Source: a virus
Taxonomy: Duplodnaviria > Caudoviricetes
Reading direction: 5' to 3' (one strand)
Length of the DNA: 64,000 nt
Virus record (IMG/VR): IMGVR_UViG_2906626472_000001
Location: 1 to 64,000 of that record
The notes below the pieces were generated by a model, which did no database searches, was not told where the DNA came from, and saw only the letters and a program-made list of their open reading frames with translations. Positions 1 through 11,100 of the stretch are shown piece by piece. How positions within the stretch are numbered: the first letter of the stretch is position 1; every line of letters starts with the position of its first letter. Both the position numbers and the translations under genes were made by a program.

Positions 1-1275
1 TCAAGCATTCGCGAGGTGGCGCCGCAGCACCGGCTTGAGCAGCACCACCGCGCACAATGCTGCCAGAATGTCCATCGCAGATACCGTGTAAAGAACGGTG
101 GACCAGGTGCCGGTCGCTTCCGTGATGAGATTGCCGATCGGGACGAGCAGAGCGGCGACGCCTTTCGAGCAATACAGCACGCCGTAGATGCTTCCGATAT
201 TCTTCGTTCCGAAGGCATCTCCCGATGTAGCGCTGAACAGGCTATAGACCTCACCCCAGGCCAGGAAGACGACGCCGCTCAGGAAAACGAAAGCCCATGG
301 ATTGCCGCCGAACGTGGCGAGCGCGGTAATGCCGAGCCCTTCCAATGAGAAGGCAACGAACATCGTGTTCTCGCGCCCGATATAATCGGAGATGACACCG
401 AACAGCGGCCGCGAAATCCCGTTCATGATGCGATCAAGCAGGAGCGCGAAGGGCAGCGCGGCGAGGGCGAAGAAGTACAGATCGACCCTGAGATCCTTCA
501 CGCCAAGATCCTGCGACATCGGCCCGAGCTGCGCGACTGCCATGAGGCCGCCGGTCACCGTCATCGTGAACATCACGAACAAGACATAGAAGACAGGCGT
601 CTTGGCGGCTTCGAGCAACGTGTAATCGCGTCGGCTTTGCGGAACGGTCGTCGAGGGTCGCGTTTCACCCGCTTGCGGAGCCCGCAGCGCCAGCGAGGCG
701 AGCATGATAATGATACCCTGGATCAGGCCGTACCAGAAGAAGGCGGCCTGGAATCCACCATTGGCGATCATGTTGGCGATCGGAATGATGGTGAGAGCGG
801 ATCCCGCACCGTAGGCTCCCGCAGTGAACCCAACCGCAAGCCCGCGGCGATCCGGAAACCATTTGATCGCGTTGTTGACGCAGGTCGCGTACACGCAGCC
901 CACGCCAATGCCCCCGATTGCGGCGGCGATGTAGTAGTCCGTGAGCGAGGCGGCGTAAGAATCGATGATCCAAGCGAGCCCCGTGAAGAAGCCGCCGATG
1001 AGCACGATGATGCGCGGGCCGAAGCGGTCGATCAGATAGCCCTCGAATGGCGTAAGCCAGGTTTGCACGAGCACGAAGATCGTGAACGCGACCTGGATCC
1101 CGGCGCGCTGCCAACCGAACGTTTTCTGGATTTCCGGCACGAACAGCGTCCAGGCATATTGGATGTTCGCGGCGGCGACCATGCAGATGACGCCGAGAAT
1201 GAGCTGCATCCAGCGGTAGCCCGCTTGGGCTTGCGCGCCAGGATGCGTCGTCGAGATCGTTGCTGATGACGTCAT
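1..1275 (-). CDS. oxlT: Oxalate/formate antiporter family MFS transporter (host gene)
   Basis: 424 aa with ~12 hydrophobic segments; QYAWTLFV, GYLIDRFGPR, KWFPDRRGLA and SDYIGRENTM motifs typical of the OFA/OxlT family. Confidence 0.85.
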   Translation of the reverse strand: MTSSATISTTHPGAQAQAGYRWMQLILGVICMVAAANIQYAWTLFVPEIQKTFGWQRAGIQVAFTIFVLVQTWLTPFEGYLIDRFGPRIIVLIGGFFTGLAWIIDSYAASLTDYYIAAAIGGIGVGCVYATCVNNAIKWFPDRRGLAVGFTAGAYGAGSALTIIPIANMIANGGFQAAFFWYGLIQGIIIMLASLALRAPQAGETRPSTTVPQSRRDYTLLEAAKTPVFYVLFVMFTMTVTGGLMAVAQLGPMSQDLGVKDLRVDLYFFALAALPFALLLDRIMNGISRPLFGVISDYIGRENTMFVAFSLEGLGITALATFGGNPWAFVFLSGVVFLAWGEVYSLFSATSGDAFGTKNIGSIYGVLYCSKGVAALLVPIGNLITEATGTWSTVLYTVSAMDILAALCAVVLLKPVLRRHLANA

Positions 1276-2106
1276 GATACCTCCGATGCTGGCACCGCGA
1301 CGGCCATCGAACCTCCTCCGTCAATGTCCCGTCACTTCCAGCTGCGCAATTGCCCAGCTCATGGCCTCCGCCGGCATCATGGGTATGACCGCCAGCGAAA
1401 GCACCAAGCCAAGGGCAGAGAAAAGGGAGACCGCTGTCAGATCGTCGTGCCCCTCATAAATCGTGTACATGGGTGCCTCCGATGCTTGGGTTGCACCGCC
1501 ATCGGTAGCCCAGCGTCTGATATGAAACACTCGGAGCGGCGCTGGACCTATTCCCTCCCCGGGAGCGTCGGCGCATCGTTCCGATGTTTATCCAGCCGCC
1601 TTTGCGCCGTCTGCCGACGACGTCGAACGACAGGAGTGCGCTCGGCAGGAGCGTGTCAAATCGCGACAGAGGCGGGCGACCGACGACGAGCGGCAAAGCC
1701 GCACGGAAACGATCAATCGGTCCGACCCGTCTCACGGATGTCGTTCCACGTGACAGCGCTTGCTTTTGCAGGCGCCTGGGCGGGATACCGGGCAGTTCCA
1801 GATTATAACCGCAATCGAAGCGCGCGTCCGTGCGCTCTCATGCCGCACTCCCGTCACGGAACAATCCTTGGTCGCCGCCGAGCTCGTGGCGCTCGACCGG
1901 ACGCCGATGCGAATTGGGGGCAGGCCGTTTCACGCGACAAGGCCACCGATTCTACGATGGAATGGTAGAGACCATAGTCAGATCGAACCAGGAGCGTTAC
2001 CTTGCCGGGCACTGAATTACGACAATCAGTGACGAAGCAGAGCGTTTCTGGTGCGGTAGCTCAGCGGGGCAATGAAATAACACCGACTAAGCCATCGTCG
2101 ATTTGC

Positions 2107-2153
2107 TGGTGGGCCCGGCAGGACTCGAACCTGCAACCAGGCCGTTATGAGCG
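2107..2153 (-). mobile_element. Prophage att site: duplicated 3' half of a tRNA(CAT), probably Ile2
   Basis: Reverse complement CGCTCATAACGGCCTGGTTGCAGGTTCGAGTCCTGCCGGGCCCACCA gives anticodon loop, T-arm and CCA; no D-arm or 5' half; 140 bp beyond the integrase stop. Confidence 0.88.
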
Positions 2154-2292
2154 CATTCATTGCGCACTAAGTATTTGAAATCTCATCGGTTTGACCTCGT
2201 CTCATTTCAAATTATCGCATTCTGTTCTGGTCCAAACTGGTCCCGGCCTGGTCCCCACCGAAAATCGCGTAAACCCTATGAAACAAGGGGTT

Positions 2293-3492
2293 TTACGCGA
2301 CTCGGGAGAGCTTTCGAGACCGCTTTCCTGGACCCCGCTTTTTGGTGATCAGGTTGGTCGCATCGCTCATGTAGTCGGGGTGATGATGACCGTAGTTGTC
2401 GATCAAAACCTTCGGTGACATGCCGAGATATCCTGACGCTTCCCAGATGTCGCAGCCCTGCTGCATGAGCCAAGTCGCAGCGGTATGACGCAGCGTGTGT
2501 GGCGTGACGTTGCCTTCCGAGAGATCAAGCTTCGCCAGCTCGACAGCGCTCGCCATTGCCGTCTTGACGCTCTTGATCGCGGCACCGTTCCACTCGACGA
2601 AGTGACTGGCGACGATCCCCCTGTCGACCCACCGACGCATGTGCGCGAGCAGTCGGTCCGGCAGGGGGATGATAGGCTGCCGCTTGTTGCTCTTCTTCTT
2701 GCCGATCGCCAGGCGGTGGTAGACGCCCTCGTCGAGATCGACATAGGACTTGCCGGTCGCCTTGTGGATCGAGGCGGAAGCGATGGCTGCCGCACGAGTG
2801 CCGGTGTATAGACCGATCAGGATGAACCGGGCGAGATGGCGGAGCGTGTACTTGCCCGTCTTGATCTTGATGCCCTTGTTCTTCCCGCGATGGATCGTCT
2901 GCTCTTCCTTGTATCGCCAGCAGGTCCACAGAAGATGGGCGGCCTCGGAGCGCTGAAGCCAACGCTCTCGACGGTCGCCCTTCTCAGGAAGGTTCACGCT
3001 GATGACAGCTCGATGGAGGTTCTCGTTGCCGTGATGATTGACGGCGGCCCGGAGGTTCTCCAGGTCGCGACGAGCGCCGCCCTTGCTGCCGCGATGCTTG
3101 ACGTAACCATCGGTCATGTCGCTGTTCATCGCGCCCAGGTACTTCTTGCCGAAGTATTTGCCGAGCCGGGTGATCGACTGCTTCAGTCGCCGGATCTGAA
3201 GTTCCTGGGTCTCTTCGTCGTACTCTTTGACCTTGTGCTTGTAATAGATCGCGAGGACGTCGGCGAGCAGGATCTCATCGACGTCGCGCAGCTTGCGCTC
3301 GGGATTGTACTTGGTCGCTATGTACTTGCTGAGCGCTTTTTCCGCTTCCTCGGGCGGTCGTCGCTCACCAGGTTTAACAAGGACTCCTGTGCTAGTTGAG
3401 CTTTCTCCGTCTCGGATAACCCAGACGGATTTACGTCCTCCCTTCCGGGCAGGTCGTTTGTAGAGTCGTGCTCCCTTGTTCTGTTGCGACAT
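2293..3492 (-). CDS. int: Tyrosine recombinase (phage integrase)
   Basis: Catalytic motifs YTGTR, HTLRHTAATW and the Tyr in YGHHHP; adjacent to the att site. Confidence 0.93.
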   Translation of the reverse strand: MSQQNKGARLYKRPARKGGRKSVWVIRDGESSTSTGVLVKPGERRPPEEAEKALSKYIATKYNPERKLRDVDEILLADVLAIYYKHKVKEYDEETQELQIRRLKQSITRLGKYFGKKYLGAMNSDMTDGYVKHRGSKGGARRDLENLRAAVNHHGNENLHRAVISVNLPEKGDRRERWLQRSEAAHLLWTCWRYKEEQTIHRGKNKGIKIKTGKYTLRHLARFILIGLYTGTRAAAIASASIHKATGKSYVDLDEGVYHRLAIGKKKSNKRQPIIPLPDRLLAHMRRWVDRGIVASHFVEWNGAAIKSVKTAMASAVELAKLDLSEGNVTPHTLRHTAATWLMQQGCDIWEASGYLGMSPKVLIDNYGHHHPDYMSDATNLITKKRGPGKRSRKLSRVA

Positions 3493-3707
3493 CGTTCTCT
3501 CATACGCTTTATGTCTGCCAGCGTGGTGAAATGCTTTCCGGCGATCAGCTCGACGTCAAGTGTTCCACGGGCGATTTCGGTTCGGAGCCCGGTAATGGTC
3601 ATGCCACCAGCCGGGAAGGCGAGTTTAAGTGCATCTTCTAATCTGAGCGGCGTGTCGGAGTCGACAATGCTTACTCCGCCCCCTTCGATTTTCGGCATCA
3701 CCGACAT
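3318..3707 (-). CDS. Excisionase-like winged-helix protein, overlapping the integrase start
   Basis: PLRLEDALKLAFPAGGMT...IAGKHFTTLADIKRM resembles the xis-like proteins found upstream of rhizobial integrases. Confidence 0.7.
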   Translation of the reverse strand: MSVMPKIEGGGVSIVDSDTPLRLEDALKLAFPAGGMTITGLRTEIARGTLDVELIAGKHFTTLADIKRMRERCRNRTREHDSTNDLPGREDVNPSGLSETEKAQLAQESLLNLVSDDRPRKRKKRSAST

Positions 3708-3783
3708 GACGGATCTTCCTCAAATGCCCGGTAGGGGCCGGCCTGATAGTCCTTCCCCATGACGGTGTAGTTGACGTAATGCA

Positions 3784-4107
3784 TCATTTCTTCCCGAATA
3801 CGCTTTCGATCGAGTGGGTATTCTTTTCGACCGGAGCCTTCCAGCTCTTGATGGTGTTCTGCCTGCCGTTGACCTGGCCCTTGACGTGGAAGTCTTGCTC
3901 CTGTCGGGCACGGTTCAGCTTGGCGACCATGACGCGGAAGCCGGCGAGGACCGCTTGATTGTGGTCCCTGAAAGTGTCCGGCTTCCCGTCCTTTCCATTC
4001 ACCCACTCCGGAGCCTGACCCGGTATGCCGAACGTCGCATGGTAGAGACCGTCGATCTCCTTGTGCTGCACGGCTGCCGAGTAGAAGGAGTTGGCGATTT
4101 TCGTCAT
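3784..4107 (-). CDS. Hypothetical phage protein
   Basis: 107 aa ORF, ATGA-coupled to thyX. Confidence 0.65.
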   Translation of the reverse strand: MTKIANSFYSAAVQHKEIDGLYHATFGIPGQAPEWVNGKDGKPDTFRDHNQAVLAGFRVMVAKLNRARQEQDFHVKGQVNGRQNTIKSWKAPVEKNTHSIESVFGKK

Positions 4108-5087
4108 GCAGCCCTCGCGTAGATTTGTCGCTCGATGATCTTTCGGTTCTGGATGAAGCCGCGGAAGTTGCCGTGCAGCTCGGGCGCCTGCCAGTGCTCA
4201 ACCCGCCATTCGCCATACGGTCCAACCTGACCGGGCACGCGAACGTCAGGTGTTGCCTGATGCTCGGCCGGCGATGCGTGCAGCGGGCGGGCGCCGACCA
4301 GATCGTGATAGAGCTGCAGGTCCTTGTGGACCAACGGCTGCTTGCCTTCGTGCGTCAGGTAAGAGGTGCGAGCGCAGCGGGCGACGGAGATTTTGATCTG
4401 CGTCGGCAGGTCCAGCCATTCCCGCTCGTATTCGGTGACGAACGGCAGATGCCATTCACCCGGGCGCAGCTGATCCGGAACGCTTTCGGCGAAAGCATTC
4501 TTCAGCGCGATGGCGAGCGCCTGGATCTCGGGCTGAGCATCCTTGTGGTCGCGCAGCTCGAAGAAGTTGTCCCATTCGGTCGCGGACACCAGGACACTGA
4601 TGTGGGCGAATGGCTCCAGCAGTCGATTGACGACCTGCTTGTGGTATCCGGATTCGTCGAATGCCTGGGCAATCTTGATGGCCTTGTCGCGGGCCAGTAT
4701 CCAAGCTTCCTCCGGACTAAGCTCCAGAAAGCAAGGCTTGAGGTTTTGCTCATCGATAGCTTCGATGAAGATGGGAGCGCGATGTTCCTCGTCTGCTTGC
4801 ATGCCCCGCTGGTTCTTGCCCCAGTGGATCGGCATCGCGGTATCGCGCAGGATGTCTTCGATCAGTCGGCTGACGGGGATCGCACGGGAGCTGGAGGCGT
4901 TGCGCGACAGGTTCCGGTCGTACATTACCCCGTCGTTGATCTCGATGATCATGTCGGGAGTCGAACTGAGGATGCGGTGCGTCAGCTCCTCGGCATGGAT
5001 GAAGCGGGGGTAGCGGAGCAGCGCGGTCTTCAGCTCGATGCCGTCAGGCGAAACGCTGTGCGTGATCTTCTTGGCTGCGATTGTCAT
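4104..5087 (-). CDS. thyX: FAD-dependent thymidylate synthase
   Basis: YPRFIHAEELTHR...SRNASSSRAIP, HKQVVNRLLEPF, AQPEI and HASPAEHQA motifs of phage ThyX. Confidence 0.88.
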   Translation of the reverse strand: MTIAAKKITHSVSPDGIELKTALLRYPRFIHAEELTHRILSSTPDMIIEINDGVMYDRNLSRNASSSRAIPVSRLIEDILRDTAMPIHWGKNQRGMQADEEHRAPIFIEAIDEQNLKPCFLELSPEEAWILARDKAIKIAQAFDESGYHKQVVNRLLEPFAHISVLVSATEWDNFFELRDHKDAQPEIQALAIALKNAFAESVPDQLRPGEWHLPFVTEYEREWLDLPTQIKISVARCARTSYLTHEGKQPLVHKDLQLYHDLVGARPLHASPAEHQATPDVRVPGQVGPYGEWRVEHWQAPELHGNFRGFIQNRKIIERQIYARAA

Positions 5088-5429
5088 TCGGTCGAAGTTT
5101 CCTCAAGGATGCGTGCTGCTTCGGCATCAGTGTCAAAGGGGCCGATCGTGTCGAAGCTCGTTCCGTCCGGCTCCAGCCAGACGATGTACCAACCGGCGTC
5201 GTAAGCATCGCAGCCGGGATGGTGGTGGATGATGGTCGAACCCTGCGGCTCGGCCTCACTCATTGCTTCACCGGAGGCACGGTGCAGTACCAACCGCTCC
5301 TGGTGTTCTTGGCGACCGATCCCGCGGGGCAGTCGGGCTTTGTCGCGTCACCGATGATCAGACAGATCACCAGCAGGAAGAGGGTGATGACGCAGAGGAT
5401 GAGAACCTCTCTCCAGTCGTCGAGCACGA

Positions 5430-5846
5430 TCATGCGGCTTCCTTCGTGATGACGCGCTCTTCGATCGCATCGAGCAGTCGGGGCAGAGCCGTGAGGAGTC
5501 CAGTCAGGAAGCGGGCGCGCTCGGCGGCGGCAGGCGTGTTGCCGGTCATGGCGAGCACGAGGTCATCGCTGTTGCGGACCGAATGCATCACCGTGCGCTC
5601 AGGCAGGTCGAGGCGCTCGCGGGATTTTGCCAGGTGCGTCGCCATCTCAGCGACGTGCTCTTCATCGGTCAGTTCGGCGGAGCCTGCCCAGGTGGGGGAC
5701 TCTACGAGTGTCAGGAACTTCCTCGCTTCGCGGACGAACGAGAGCAATTCCTGTTCGGTATTCTGTTGGTCTGACATGTGGGTCTCCGAAAATTGCCTAA
5801 CCGAAAAGGAGACGGCCGCCCGTAGGCGACCGTCGTTTCTCACCAC
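5430..5846 (-). CDS. Hypothetical protein (start probably near 5777)
   Basis: ORF in operon with phage-like codon usage. Confidence 0.55.
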   Translation of the reverse strand: MVRNDGRLRAAVSFSVRQFSETHMSDQQNTEQELLSFVREARKFLTLVESPTWAGSAELTDEEHVAEMATHLAKSRERLDLPERTVMHSVRNSDDLVLAMTGNTPAAAERARFLTGLLTALPRLLDAIEERVITKEAA

Positions 5847-5852
5847 AGAGAA

Positions 5853-6731
5853 TTACTGGGGCTGAGCGAGCTTCGAGATTTCCGGCTTGGCCGACTGGAA
5901 GGCGCGGAGCAGGCCGTCGTACTCACGCTCGTGGTCGTTGATCCAGTTCGCGTTGGCGACGAAGATGGCGTCGACCTGGATCGTGCCGATGGCCTTGGTG
6001 CCGTAGACCGCGCCGGACGGCTGGATGCGCGGGTAGGTGCCGGCCGGGATCTCGCCATAGCTGTAGACGTACTGGCCGCGGGCATCCTTGGCGACGGTCG
6101 TCATGTCGCGGTCATCGGTGCCGACCAGCACAACGCGGTCGCCAGCGTTCTGGGCGTCGTTCTTCATGAACGCGCTGTTGAGCGCGGTGATCACCAGGGC
6201 GCACTGCACCTGGCTGCCATCGGCCACAGCCTGCACGGCGCGGATGCCGGAGCGGTTGTCCGTCACGACCTTGCCGTAGCGCGCCTTGTCGGCGAGCACG
6301 AACGCATCCCACGTCGTGTGGGCGCCGGAGCCATCCGGTCCGATCGCCACGGTCATGTCCTTCGTCAGGTTGACCATGCGGCCGAGGTCGAGCTTGCGGT
6401 TGCAGATCATGTGCGCCTGCTCCTGGTAGAGCACGCCAGCGCGCTCCAGTGAGCTGATCGCCTTCGCGTTGCGGTTCGAGTAGACGAGCATCGCGTCGGA
6501 CTGCACGAACGCGCCGTCGCACTCGCCGGCCGTCACCTTGTCGAGGTTGTCGAGCGAACCCTTGGTCTCGATGACCTCGACGCCCGGGAACTTGGCCTTC
6601 ACCATGTGGCCAGCCTTGAAGTAGTTGAGCTGGCTGTTGCCGGTGCAGAGCCGGAATTTCACGGCATCGGCGTGGGCGGATGCGGTCATAGCGCCGAGAG
6701 TCAGCGCGGCGATCAGGAAGAGCTTCTTCAT
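5853..6731 (-). CDS. TAXI-family (TRAP-type) periplasmic solute-binding-like protein
   Basis: Signal peptide MKKLFLIAAL...AHA; ETKGSLDNL, AFVQSDA, LYQEQAH and IGPDGSG motifs of TAXI receptors. Confidence 0.75.
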   Translation of the reverse strand: MKKLFLIAALTLGAMTASAHADAVKFRLCTGNSQLNYFKAGHMVKAKFPGVEVIETKGSLDNLDKVTAGECDGAFVQSDAMLVYSNRNAKAISSLERAGVLYQEQAHMICNRKLDLGRMVNLTKDMTVAIGPDGSGAHTTWDAFVLADKARYGKVVTDNRSGIRAVQAVADGSQVQCALVITALNSAFMKNDAQNAGDRVVLVGTDDRDMTTVAKDARGQYVYSYGEIPAGTYPRIQPSGAVYGTKAIGTIQVDAIFVANANWINDHEREYDGLLRAFQSAKPEISKLAQPQ

Positions 6732-6909
6732 TCGTTTCTCCTTTGGAGGCCCGCATTTGCAGGCCGATTGCATTCAAACAAGCGTCAAGGCACTAAAAGA
6801 ACCAGCGGCGGACCGGGTACTTGCGTGCCATTTTCCAGACGGAGGTGGCGATCACGTAGATGCCGAGGCCGTCCAGTATGTGATTGGCGAGGAAGACGCC
6901 GACCATTGG

Positions 6910-7299
6910 CTATCCCTCGACCGGGTTGGGGAGACCCGTTTCCGGGCTGTATTTCTGGTCGGGCCGGCGAGCGAGGCGGGTCGGGTCCTCACCGTTCATC
7001 AGCAGCCGCTTGATCTCCTGGATCATGAACGTCACGCCGACGACGATGTTCGGGATATCGCCGCCGTAGCTGCGGAATCCGCTCCAGTCCTTCGGGTAGG
7101 CCTCCGGGATGACGTGGAAGGCGTCAGCCCCGCGGTTGCGGCGATCGAGTGTCGCGTCGAACTGGGCGAAGCCTGCATTGAACAGCTGCCCCTTCGAGGC
7201 GTCGACTCTCTCGTTCGCGCTGCCCCACATCTTGTTCGTCAGGCCCAGCTCGTTCATCACGAGTTCCAGGGCCGTCTTCTCTGCTTCAATTGCGTCCAA
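6910..7299 (-). CDS. Hypothetical protein
   Basis: 129 aa ORF with AGGAG RBS upstream. Confidence 0.6.
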   Translation of the reverse strand: MDAIEAEKTALELVMNELGLTNKMWGSANERVDASKGQLFNAGFAQFDATLDRRNRGADAFHVIPEAYPKDWSGFRSYGGDIPNIVVGVTFMIQEIKRLLMNGEDPTRLARRPDQKYSPETGLPNPVEG

Positions 7300-7364
7300 A
7301 GTCGCTTCTCCTTTGCATTTATTTTTGCATTCAAGTCAGCGGAAATGCAAGCAGAATTTGGGTC

Positions 7365-7871
7365 CTAATACTTTTTTCCGTTCGGCTTGACGCGGTTCTC
7401 GTGCTTGTGATCGGGGCGCGTCAGGTTGAACGCGCTCTTCTCAGCAACGGCTCCCGCCAGATCCAGGCCGAGCGCGCCGGCCAGGTCGCCGAGCGATCGG
7501 AGGTTGAGGGCAAGTGCGATTTCCAGGCGGTTGAACGGGGCGATTGCCACGATGGCCTCACCGACCTTGGAGTTCATCGCGCCGCCGAGGTCGCCGTTGC
7601 GGATCAGAACGTCTGCCGCTTCGGTCTCCAGCGCGGTGCGATGGGTCAGCTTGTCGTCCATCAGGCTCTTGCGGTCGCCCTCCAGTGCTTCGGAAAGCTC
7701 GCTGTGCATCAGGGCGATCTTGACGGCCGGCATCAGCGGGTTTTGCCGCAGGTCGGCGCCGGTCGCGGGATCGATCCACCAATGAGCATTCATCTTGTGG
7801 CAGATGCGGGTGATCGTCTCGGTAGCGGATCTCAGTTCGTCGAGATCCTGCTGGGTGAAGTTGTCGTTCAC
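7365..7871 (-). CDS. MazG-like nucleotide pyrophosphohydrolase
   Basis: KIALMHSELSEALE...ETEAADVLIR and AVAEKSAFNLTR motifs. Confidence 0.75.
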   Translation of the reverse strand: MNDNFTQQDLDELRSATETITRICHKMNAHWWIDPATGADLRQNPLMPAVKIALMHSELSEALEGDRKSLMDDKLTHRTALETEAADVLIRNGDLGGAMNSKVGEAIVAIAPFNRLEIALALNLRSLGDLAGALGLDLAGAVAEKSAFNLTRPDHKHENRVKPNGKKY

Positions 7872-8197
7872 GTTGGCTCCTTGAATCGGTACTCGTCAGC
7901 CAGGTCCTCGAACATCCGGACGACGTCACGCTGGTGACGGCCCGTCTGATCGTTCCAGTCGAAGGGGTGCTTGCCCAGCTGAGTTTTGATGATGGGAACG
8001 AAGCGCGCGTACGCGCTTCGATCGTCTTGTCCCGCAGCCCGGCGGATCGCCCCCTCGATGTCGAAAGAGCGAGCCTCCTGGCTGAATACGGGGACCGGCT
8101 TACCCTGCCGATCCCTCGCGAGCGTCTTCTGCGTCCAGCGCCCGGGCTTGGAGAACAGCAGAAGGCAGCGCTCCACGATCTCCAGCTCGGTGAACAT
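7868..8197 (-). CDS. Conserved phage hypothetical protein
   Basis: WTQKTLARD...WND...V..MF pattern; coupled to nrdJ. Confidence 0.6.
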   Translation of the reverse strand: MFTELEIVERCLLLFSKPGRWTQKTLARDRQGKPVPVFSQEARSFDIEGAIRRAAGQDDRSAYARFVPIIKTQLGKHPFDWNDQTGRHQRDVVRMFEDLADEYRFKEPT

Positions 8198-11100
8198 CAG
8201 CTGCAGCCGGTGGTCTCACCGCACGTCTCACACTTCAAACAGGTGCCGTTCCGCACCATCGTGAAGCTGTGGCAGTTGCCGCACTCGTCGCCCGTGTAAC
8301 CGGACATCTTGGCGACAGCCCTCTGATCCGGCAGGACCGCCTTGGTCGTCCGATCGACAATCTTCTGGAGATCATCGTCGGTCATCCCTTCGGCGACGTT
8401 GACGGTGATCTGGTTGACCACCGTCGCATCCTGGCCGACGCCATCGCCCATCGCCGTGTGATTGCTCTCGTCGGGGGTGACGTGAGCCAGGTCATCGCGA
8501 CCGAGGTAGTTGATCGCGAGGTCCCGCCATACGAAGTCGATGATCGAGCTGGCGCTCTTGATGCGGTCATGCTCCTGAACGAACCCAGCCGGCTCGAAGC
8601 GGAAGAACGTGAACGCATCGACGTACTCTTCGACGGGCACGCCGTACTGGAGGGCGATGCTGACGGCGATGGCGAAGGCGTTCATCATCGACCGGAAAGC
8701 GGCGCCTTCCTTGTGCATGTCGATGAAGATTTCACCGAGCCGACCATCGGCATACTCTCCGGTGCGGAGGTAGACCTTGTGTCCGCCGACGATAGCCTTC
8801 TGCGTGTAGCCGTTGCGCTTCGAGGGCAGCTTCTCGCGCTTGCGGACGATCTTCTCGACCACCTGCACCACGTTCTGCTTCTGCTCGACCACCTCGTCTT
8901 CGACCTGATCGTCCTCGACCAGAGCGGAGCTGAGCGGCTGAGACAGCTTCGAGCCGTCACGATAGATCGCGTTGGCTTTCAGACCGAGCTTCCACGACAG
9001 CATGTAGGCCTTCTTCACGTCCACGATCGATGCGCTCGCGGGCATGTTGATGGTCTTGCTGATCGCACCCGAGATGAACGGCTGGACCGAAGCCATCATC
9101 TTGATGTGACCCTTGGTCGAGATGAAGCGCTTGCCGATCTTGCCGCAGGGGTTGGCACAGTCGAACACCGCATAGTCCACTTCCGCCAGGCCCGGAGCAC
9201 CCTCCAGGGTCATGGTCCCGCAGACCTCGGTGTTCGCCTTCTCGATCTCCTCGTCGCTGAACCCGAACGCCTTCCAGTCCGCCAGGAAGCGGATGTCGAA
9301 GGCCGATCGGACACTCGACTCAGAGATCGAGGTTCCAGCTGCGCGCAGGGCCAGATCGAACTTGGCCGGCAAACGACCCGTTCCGGTCGCATACAGAACC
9401 ATCGCCTCGATCTCAGCCTTGCCGTAGCCGAGCTGAGCCAGCGCCGGCCGAACCGACTGGTTGATGATCTTGAAGTAGCCACCGCCGGCCAGCTTCTTGA
9501 ACTTCACCAGAGCATAGTCCGGCTCGATGCCGGTCGTGTCGCAGTCCATCACGAGACCGATGGTCCCGGTCGGCGCGATGACCGTGGTCTGCGCATTCCG
9601 GAAGCCGTACTGCGAGCCCAGATCGATGACCTCGGCCCAGATCTCGCTCGCGCGGCCTGCCAGACCCTCCTGGTACTCGTTGTCCCAGTCGAGACCGACC
9701 GGCTCGATCGAGAGGCCGGTGTACGGCGCGCTGCCGTTCTCAGCCGCTGCGTAGTGATTGTGCATCACCCGCATCATCGAGTTGGCGTTCTCGTAATACT
9801 TCCGGAACGGTCCCAGCTCCTGAGCCATCTCAGCCGACGTGCGATAGGCGATGCCAGTCATGATGGCGGAGATTGCGCCAGCGAACGCCCGTGCGTTGTC
9901 GGAGTCGTAGGCGATGCCCGCCGACATCAGCATGCCGCCGATGTTGGCAAAGCCTAGTCCGAGCGTCCTGTAGTCGAACGACCGGAGGGCAATCTCCATG
10001 GACGGGAACTGCGCCATGTAGACCGAGATTTCCAGCATGATCGTGATCAGCCGGCAGGCGTGCTCGAAGCTCTCGACCTCGAAGACAAGCGGGTTTTCGC
10101 CGCTCTGCGAGGTGAACTTGAGCAGGTTGGCCGAGGCCAGGTTGCACGCCGTGTCGTCCAGGAACATGTACTCCGAGCACGGGTTGGACGCACGGATGCG
10201 ACCGCCGGCCGGGCAGGTGTGCCATTCGTTCATGGTCGTGTTGAAGTGCAGACCGGGGTCTGCGGACTCCCAGGCGGCGAGACAGATCTGATCCCAGAGA
10301 TCCCGGGCCTCGATCGTCTTGACCGCCTTGCCGTTCGTGCGACCGATCAGGTCCCACTTGTGGCCGAGCTGGACAGCCTCCAGGAAGTCGTTGGTCACCG
10401 ACACCGTGTTGTTCGAGTTCTGACCCGACACGGTCTCATAGGCCTGCGACTGCCAATCGACGTCGAACTCCGGGAAGTAGAACGGCTCGTCGTTGTTGGC
10501 GAGCTGGATCACGCGCTGGATGTAGCTGTCCGGCACGAACGCCTTGCGGGCGGTCTTGATCTCGGCCTTGCCGTCCTTGCCGTCGAGGATCGCCCAGTGA
10601 ACGGCCTGGAGAGCCTTCTTCACTGCCTTCGAGCCAGCGACCAGGGCCGCAACCTTCTTCTCTTCCTCGACCTTCCAGCCGACGTATTCCTCGATATCCG
10701 GGTGATCGACATCGACCACGACCATCTTGGCCGCGCGCCGCGTCGTGCCGCCGGACTTGATCGCGCCGGCTGCCCGGTCACCGATCTTGAGGAACGACAT
10801 CATGCCCGACGACGAACCGCCGCCCGACAGCTTCTCGCCCGTGCCACGCAAACTCGAGAAGTTGGAGCCGGTGCCGGAGCCGTACTTGAACAGGCGAGCC
10901 TCACGGAGCCACAGGTCCATGATGCCGCCGTCCTGGATCAGGTTGTCGCCGACCGACTGGATGAAGCAGGCGTGCGGCTGCGGGCGCTCATATGCCGACG
11001 TGGACGGCTTGACGTCGATGACGTCGTCGCCGTCTTCCTCGACGAAGAAGTGACCCTGGGCCGGGCCGTCGATGCCGTACGCCCAATGCAGGCCGGTGTT

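Noticed and set aside
2107-2182. Complete tRNA gene
   Set aside because: Only the anticodon loop to CCA is present; the sequence beyond 2153 forms no D-arm or 5' acceptor strand
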